This document shows positions 18,048 to 22,913 of a stretch of 22,913 nucleotides of DNA, piece by piece (positions within the stretch are counted from its first letter, which is position 1; each line of letters starts with the position of its first letter). The stretch lies in NCBI GenBank assembly GCA_020354945.1, contig CP070655.1, positions 222,187-245,099 on the forward strand. The letters run 5' to 3'. The stretch is from Candidatus Omnitrophota bacterium (GTDB taxonomy: Bacteria; Omnitrophota; Gorgyraeia; JABMRG01; JAFGKX01). Made by a program: the position numbers and the translations under genes. Below the pieces are notes generated by a model, which had not been told where the DNA came from, did not search any database, and saw only the letters and a program-made list of their open reading frames with translations.

Positions 18048-20132
18048 ATGATTAAACAATTCAAATTAAACATCGGGAATAAGACCATTATTTTAGAATC
18101 AGGAAAACTGGCCAAGCAAGCCAGCGGCGCCGTAACTGTAACTTGCGGCGGAACAATGGTTCTGGTTACTGTGGTTATGTCTAAAGAGGCTAAGGAAGAG
18201 ATTAGCTTCTTTCCTCTATGGGTTGAATACAGAGAAAAGACCTATGCCGCCGGAAAGATTCCTGGCGGATTTTTCAAAAGGGAGGGCCGGCCCACGGAAA
18301 AAGAAATTTTAAGTGCTCGTCTAATAGACAGGCCGATAAGGCCTCTTTTCCCGGAAGGTATGCTGAACGAAGTTCAGGTTATGGCTACGGTCTTATCAAG
18401 CGACGGCGAGAACGACCCGGATGTTTTAGCGGTTTTGGGCGCCTCTGCAGCGCTTTCTATATCGGATGTGCCTTTTGATGGGCCTATAGGGGTAGCGCGC
18501 GTCGGGCAGATAAAAGAGAGTGAATTTATAATAAATCCCACTTATGCCCAATTAGATGAATCGAGGCTCGATATAGTAATAGCCGGCACAAAAGACGGTA
18601 TTATCATGATAGAGTCAAACAATGATCAGGTGCCGGAGCGCGATATGTTTGATGCTATAAAATTTGGATATGCTAACATAACAAAAATTATAGATATTCA
18701 AAATAAAATGATTTCCGAATATGGCGTTAAAAAGTTCACCCCCCAGATTAAAAAAGTATCAGCAGAGCTCCTTAAACGGATAAAAGACCTTTCTGTAGAC
18801 AGGCTTATTGAAATAAATTCTTTGAAGACCAAGGAAGAACGCATAGAAGCAATGGATTCCCTTAGTAATGAATTAACAGAAAAGTTGGTTACAGAAGAAT
18901 CGCCTGTTACCGAGTTGGATATTAAAATAGCATTGCAGATGGTTGAGAAGGAACTTGTTCGCGACATAGTATTAAATCAGAATAAAAGAGTCGATGACAG
19001 AGCCTTTGAGCAGATACGCCCAATCAGTTGTGAGATTGGAGTCTTACCGCGAACTCATGGTTCGGCCCTGTTTACTCGCGGGCAGACCCAGAGCCTTTCT
19101 GTTACAACTTTGGGAACCAGTTCAGACGAACAGCTTATAGAGGCGTTAGAGGGAGAGATGCAGAAGACTTTTATGCTTCATTACAATTTCCCTCCTTTTA
19201 GCGTTGGGGAAGTAAAACCGGTCAGAGGCCCCGGTAGAAGAGAGATAGGCCATGGGGCGCTGGCAGAAAAAGCGCTTAAGCCTGTTATGCCATCAAAGGA
19301 GGAGTTTCCTTACACAATAAGGGTGGTATCGGATATACTCGAATCCAACGGTTCCTCTTCCATGGCAACAATATGCGCCGGTTCTTTGGCTCTTATGGAC
19401 GGAGGAGTCCCTATTAAAGAGCCGGTTGCCGGAATAGCCATTGGGCTTGTTAAAGAAGACACAAAATACAGGCTACTCACAGATATAGCCGGGGTTGAAG
19501 ACCATTACGGCGATATGGATTTTAAGATAGCCGGCACCGCAAAAGGCGTTACTGTTATGCAGTTGGATGTGAAATTAAAAGAAGGCATTAGTTTGGATAT
19601 AGCCAGAGAGGCACTAAAGCAAGCCAAGGCTGCAAGGGGCGAACTGCTCGATAAGATGAATGAGGTCATATCAAAACCCAAACCAAGTCTCTCTGAATAT
19701 GCGCCGCGCATAACTACACTTAAAATAGACCCGGGCAAGATTAGAGACGTGATAGGCCCAGGTGGCAAGACTATAAGGAAGATTATAAATGAGACCGGCG
19801 TAACTATAGACATAGAAGATGACGGCGCTGTTTTAGTGGCTTCAACAGATGCTAGCGCGTCTGAAAAGGCCGTTGAGATTATTAAAAAGCTTATTGAGGT
19901 CCCGGAAGTTGGTAAAATTTATCTCGGGATAGTAAAGAGGGTTATGCCTTTTGGAGCATTCTGCGAGATACTTCCCGGAAGAGAAGGCCTGGTGCATATT
20001 TCTGAACTTTCAAAAGGCTATGTTAAGAATATAGAGGATGTGGTCAAGATCGGAGACAAGTTCAAAGTAAAGGTTGTCGAGATAGATGAACAGGGAAGAG
20101 TGAATTTATCGAAGAAGCAGGCTGAGGAGTAA
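18048..20132 (+). CDS. pnp: Polyribonucleotide nucleotidyltransferase (PNPase)
   Basis: AGKIPGGFFKREG, RREIGHG, SNGSSSMA, ED..GDMDFK, KH and S1 domains. Confidence 0.98.
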   Translation: MIKQFKLNIGNKTIILESGKLAKQASGAVTVTCGGTMVLVTVVMSKEAKEEISFFPLWVEYREKTYAAGKIPGGFFKREGRPTEKEILSARLIDRPIRPLFPEGMLNEVQVMATVLSSDGENDPDVLAVLGASAALSISDVPFDGPIGVARVGQIKESEFIINPTYAQLDESRLDIVIAGTKDGIIMIESNNDQVPERDMFDAIKFGYANITKIIDIQNKMISEYGVKKFTPQIKKVSAELLKRIKDLSVDRLIEINSLKTKEERIEAMDSLSNELTEKLVTEESPVTELDIKIALQMVEKELVRDIVLNQNKRVDDRAFEQIRPISCEIGVLPRTHGSALFTRGQTQSLSVTTLGTSSDEQLIEALEGEMQKTFMLHYNFPPFSVGEVKPVRGPGRREIGHGALAEKALKPVMPSKEEFPYTIRVVSDILESNGSSSMATICAGSLALMDGGVPIKEPVAGIAIGLVKEDTKYRLLTDIAGVEDHYGDMDFKIAGTAKGVTVMQLDVKLKEGISLDIAREALKQAKAARGELLDKMNEVISKPKPSLSEYAPRITTLKIDPGKIRDVIGPGGKTIRKIINETGVTIDIEDDGAVLVASTDASASEKAVEIIKKLIEVPEVGKIYLGIVKRVMPFGAFCEILPGREGLVHISELSKGYVKNIEDVVKIGDKFKVKVVEIDEQGRVNLSKKQAEE

Positions 20133-20134
20133 GA

Positions 20135-20164
20135 ATGCACCGTTTTGGATTTCAAACGGTGCTA
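20135..20164. repeat. 30-nt palindromic repeat, copy 2 (pnp-dut gap)
   Basis: ATGCACCGTTTTGGATTTCAAACGGTGCTA; arms GCACCGTTT/AAACGGTGC. Confidence 0.75.
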
Positions 20165-20170
20165 TAAGCT

Positions 20171-20620
20171 ATGGAACAAGTTAAGATAAAGATAAGAAAA
20201 AAAACAGGGTGCGAAGATTTAGCTTTACCTCAATATATGAGCGAGTCCTCAAGCGGCATGGATATTCGTGCCGACGTCGATGGTGAAGTAGTACTCCTCC
20301 CGGGTGAGATTAAGTTAATTTCAGCCGGCTTTTATATGAGTTTACCTGCCGGTTATGAAGCTCAGCTCAGGCCAAGAAGCGGCCTTGCTATAAAACACGG
20401 AATAAGTATCGTCAATACTCCGGGTACTATAGATGCAGATTTTAGAGGATTAGTCGGTATTATAGTTATTAACCACGGAAAAAAACCTTTCCCAATAAAA
20501 CGTGGGGATAGAATAGCCCAGATGGTCGTCCAGAAGGTTATAAGGGCAGAGACAGAGCTAGTAGATGAGTTGGATGAAACTGTTCGCTCGACCGGAGGTT
20601 TTGGCCATTCAGGTGTCTGA
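20171..20620 (+). CDS. dut: dUTP diphosphatase (trimeric dUTPase)
   Basis: SGMD, RPRSGL, NTPGTIDADFRG, RIAQ and R..GGFGHSG motifs I-V. Confidence 0.97.
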   Translation: MEQVKIKIRKKTGCEDLALPQYMSESSSGMDIRADVDGEVVLLPGEIKLISAGFYMSLPAGYEAQLRPRSGLAIKHGISIVNTPGTIDADFRGLVGIIVINHGKKPFPIKRGDRIAQMVVQKVIRAETELVDELDETVRSTGGFGHSGV

Positions 20621-20647
20621 GATCGGGGTCGGAAACATCCCTATACT

Positions 20648-21421
20648 ATGAACTTATTAGAAGCGATTCTGTCAGGCGTGCTGCAAGGATTAACAGAATT
20701 TTTACCTGTAAGCAGTTCCGGCCATCTGGTTTTGTTGCATTATTATTTTGGTTATAAACAACCACAGTTGCTTTTTGACACATTTTTGCATGTAGGCACT
20801 CTTTTGGCAATCTTAGTTTATTTCAGAAAAGATATATGGTTAATCTTCACAAAACAGAGATACTTTCTCATATTAATATTAATAGGTTGTATACCTACCG
20901 GCATAATAGGCTTTTTATTTGAGCCATTTTTCAGGCAGGCATTTGTGAATATTAAACTGGCAGGTTTTATGTTGATAACAACTGCTATTTTTTTATTCTG
21001 TGGTGATTTTGGGGCTCGGTTAAGAGAACATCATCCTGAAACCAGGTCTAGACTTGGAATTGCCAAGGCATTAATAATAGGTACAGTGCAGGGCGTCTCC
21101 GCTTTACCAGGTTTATCGAGGAGCGGCATTACGATTTCTACTGCACTGATCTGTCAGGTTAGAAAAAGAGAAGCTGTTAGATATTCTTTTTTGCTGGCTA
21201 TCCCTGTTATAATTGGCACATTGATTTTTGAATTAAATAATTTAGGCAGCGTAAAGGGTATTTTTATACCACAAGTTATAGCTGGCTCTTTATGTTCGTT
21301 CCTAACAGGTTTGGTAGCTATTTATTATTTAATTAAAGCCATAATAAAAGACAGGCTATCATTATTTGGCATCTACTGTTTTTTGGCAGGTGCCGCTGTT
21401 TTAATCAAAGTTTATATATAG
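20648..21421 (+). CDS. uppP: Undecaprenyl-diphosphate phosphatase (BacA/UppP)
   Basis: QGLTEFLPVSSSGHL and PGLSRSG motifs; multiple hydrophobic helices. Confidence 0.96.
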   Translation: MNLLEAILSGVLQGLTEFLPVSSSGHLVLLHYYFGYKQPQLLFDTFLHVGTLLAILVYFRKDIWLIFTKQRYFLILILIGCIPTGIIGFLFEPFFRQAFVNIKLAGFMLITTAIFLFCGDFGARLREHHPETRSRLGIAKALIIGTVQGVSALPGLSRSGITISTALICQVRKREAVRYSFLLAIPVIIGTLIFELNNLGSVKGIFIPQVIAGSLCSFLTGLVAIYYLIKAIIKDRLSLFGIYCFLAGAAVLIKVYI

Positions 21422-21445
21422 TGTGGAAACGCCCCTATACCGACA

Positions 21446-22913
21446 ATGAGCAGGCAGAGAATAAACGAGTTTAAAGGTCTTATATTTTTAGCTATTGCTG
21501 TTTTAGTTTTAATTAGCCTTATATCCTATAGCTCGGAAGATCTTAGATTCTTCAGTTCTTCTCCCAACAGTCAAGTAAGCAATTTTGCAGGCATTATCGG
21601 AGCTTATATAGCAGCTGGGTTGTTCTTTCTCCTTGGATGGAGCGCTTACATAATCCCGTTTCTTTGTTTAGCATGGGCTGTAAATAAATTCATAGGCAGA
21701 GAACCTCAAAAATTTTATTTAAAGGTCTCAGGCACAATAGTGCTATTTTTTGCTTCATGTATACTGCTTAGCATGTTATTTAACGGCGCTAATGTTGACA
21801 AGGTAAAAGCCGGAGGCATAACCGGTCTTTTTTTATCAAATTTATTAATAAGATATTTTGGTTATATAGGCACATATGTTATCTCCGTTATGTTAATTGC
21901 GATGAGCGCCCTTTTGGCAACAGAATTTTTAATACTTCCGTTTATCGTTGTATTATACAAAAAGTTTAAAGAATATTTTGCTGTTGTAAAAAAGCCTATT
22001 TTTTCCAAAAAGAGGACAAAGGCAACTACGCCGAAAGAAGGAAGGAAGAAAGAAACCCCTTCCATTGAGATATATAGACCCAAAAAGCCGCAAGTTACTC
22101 CAAAGATCGCTCTACAGCCAGAACGAAAGATAAGCAAGCCAATTATTAAACCTCAACCGGCAGCAAAGGTAAAGTCGGAAGCGCCAAAGGCCAAACCGCA
22201 GCAAATAGGCGAGTATAAACTGCCTTCCTTGGATCTATTAGATGAACCGCCTAGAATTGAAGAGAAAAAAATCAAGGAGGATCTAGCTGTTTCTTCCAGA
22301 ATACTGGAAGAAACTTTGCAGGATTTTGGAATAGATGTAAAGGTAACTCAGGTAGAACAGGGACCTGCAATAACAAGATATGAACTTGAACCGGCTCCGG
22401 GATTGAAAGTAACCCGGGTTACATCATTAAGCGACGATATAGCATTGGCGATGAAAGCCCATAGTGTCAGGGTAGTTGCTCCGATACCCGGAAAGGCCAG
22501 AGTGGGCGTAGAGGTGCCAAACGTCGTTACCAGTCTGGTTTACCTTAAGGAAGTTTTGCAATCTGATAGATTTGTGAAACCTCGATCTAAGCTCAATTTA
22601 GCCCTCGGGAAGGATATCGCCGGGAAGCCGGTAATATGCGATTTGGCTGACATGCCCCATCTTCTTATTGCGGGGACTACAGGTTCGGGCAAAACTGTAT
22701 GCGTTAATTGCATAATATTAAGTATGATATTTAATGCCACTCCGGATGAACTTAAATTTATATTAATTGATCCAAAGATGGTAGAGCTTGCCCTGTTTAA
22801 TAAATTGCCGCATCTTTTATGCCCGGTGTTAACCAATCCAAAAAAGGTATCCGTAGCATTAAACTGGGTAGTTGAAGTGAGGGAGAAAAGATATAAATTA
22901 TTCGCTAAATTAG
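21446..22913 (+). CDS. ftsK: DNA translocase FtsK/SpoIIIE (partial, runs off the window end; not in the ORF track)
   Basis: ATG 21446 opens MSRQRINEFKG... with N-terminal transmembrane helices and a Pro/Lys-rich linker, then in-frame GPAITRYE, APIPGK, MPHLLIAGTTGSGKT (Walker A, from 22652) and IDPKMVEL. Confidence 0.95.
   Translation, partial: MSRQRINEFKGLIFLAIAVLVLISLISYSSEDLRFFSSSPNSQVSNFAGIIGAYIAAGLFFLLGWSAYIIPFLCLAWAVNKFIGREPQKFYLKVSGTIVLFFASCILLSMLFNGANVDKVKAGGITGLFLSNLLIRYFGYIGTYVISVMLIAMSALLATEFLILPFIVVLYKKFKEYFAVVKKPIFSKKRTKATTPKEGRKKETPSIEIYRPKKPQVTPKIALQPERKISKPIIKPQPAAKVKSEAPKAKPQQIGEYKLPSLDLLDEPPRIEEKKIKEDLAVSSRILEETLQDFGIDVKVTQVEQGPAITRYELEPAPGLKVTRVTSLSDDIALAMKAHSVRVVAPIPGKARVGVEVPNVVTSLVYLKEVLQSDRFVKPRSKLNLALGKDIAGKPVICDLADMPHLLIAGTTGSGKTVCVNCIILSMIFNATPDELKFILIDPKMVELALFNKLPHLLCPVLTNPKKVSVALNWVVEVREKRYKLFAKL

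Noticed and set aside
22911-22913. Terminal TAG as the ftsK stop
   Set aside because: It is out of frame (codon 22910-22912 is TTA); the gene continues beyond the window.

Overview
Bacterial chromosomal core region with every supported gene on the + strand. Gene content and order suggest an uncultured PVC-type lineage such as Omnitrophota, but that is inference only. The window opens in the 3' part of a 23S rRNA gene interrupted by a 272-nt ORF-less group I intron at E. coli-equivalent U2500, in the peptidyl-transferase centre, followed by 5S rRNA. Next is an FMN-riboswitch-controlled riboflavin operon (ribBA-ribH-nusB-PHP phosphoesterase-ribD-ribE), in which ribD carries an in-frame TAA stop and a heptamer-repeat tract. 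The rest is tRNA-Pro(CGG), acyP, a metallophosphoesterase, ligA, a lipoprotein, xerD, a DHH-CBS tRNA nucleotidyltransferase, DUF503-rbfA-nrnA-truB-ribF-rpsO-pnp, dut, uppP and a 3'-truncated ftsK. Many intergenic gaps hold repeat or palindromic elements: 7-nt tandem arrays (several in fold-back arrangement), 130-155 nt nested hairpins, and a 30-nt palindrome present twice. Two of these elements lie inside coding sequences.
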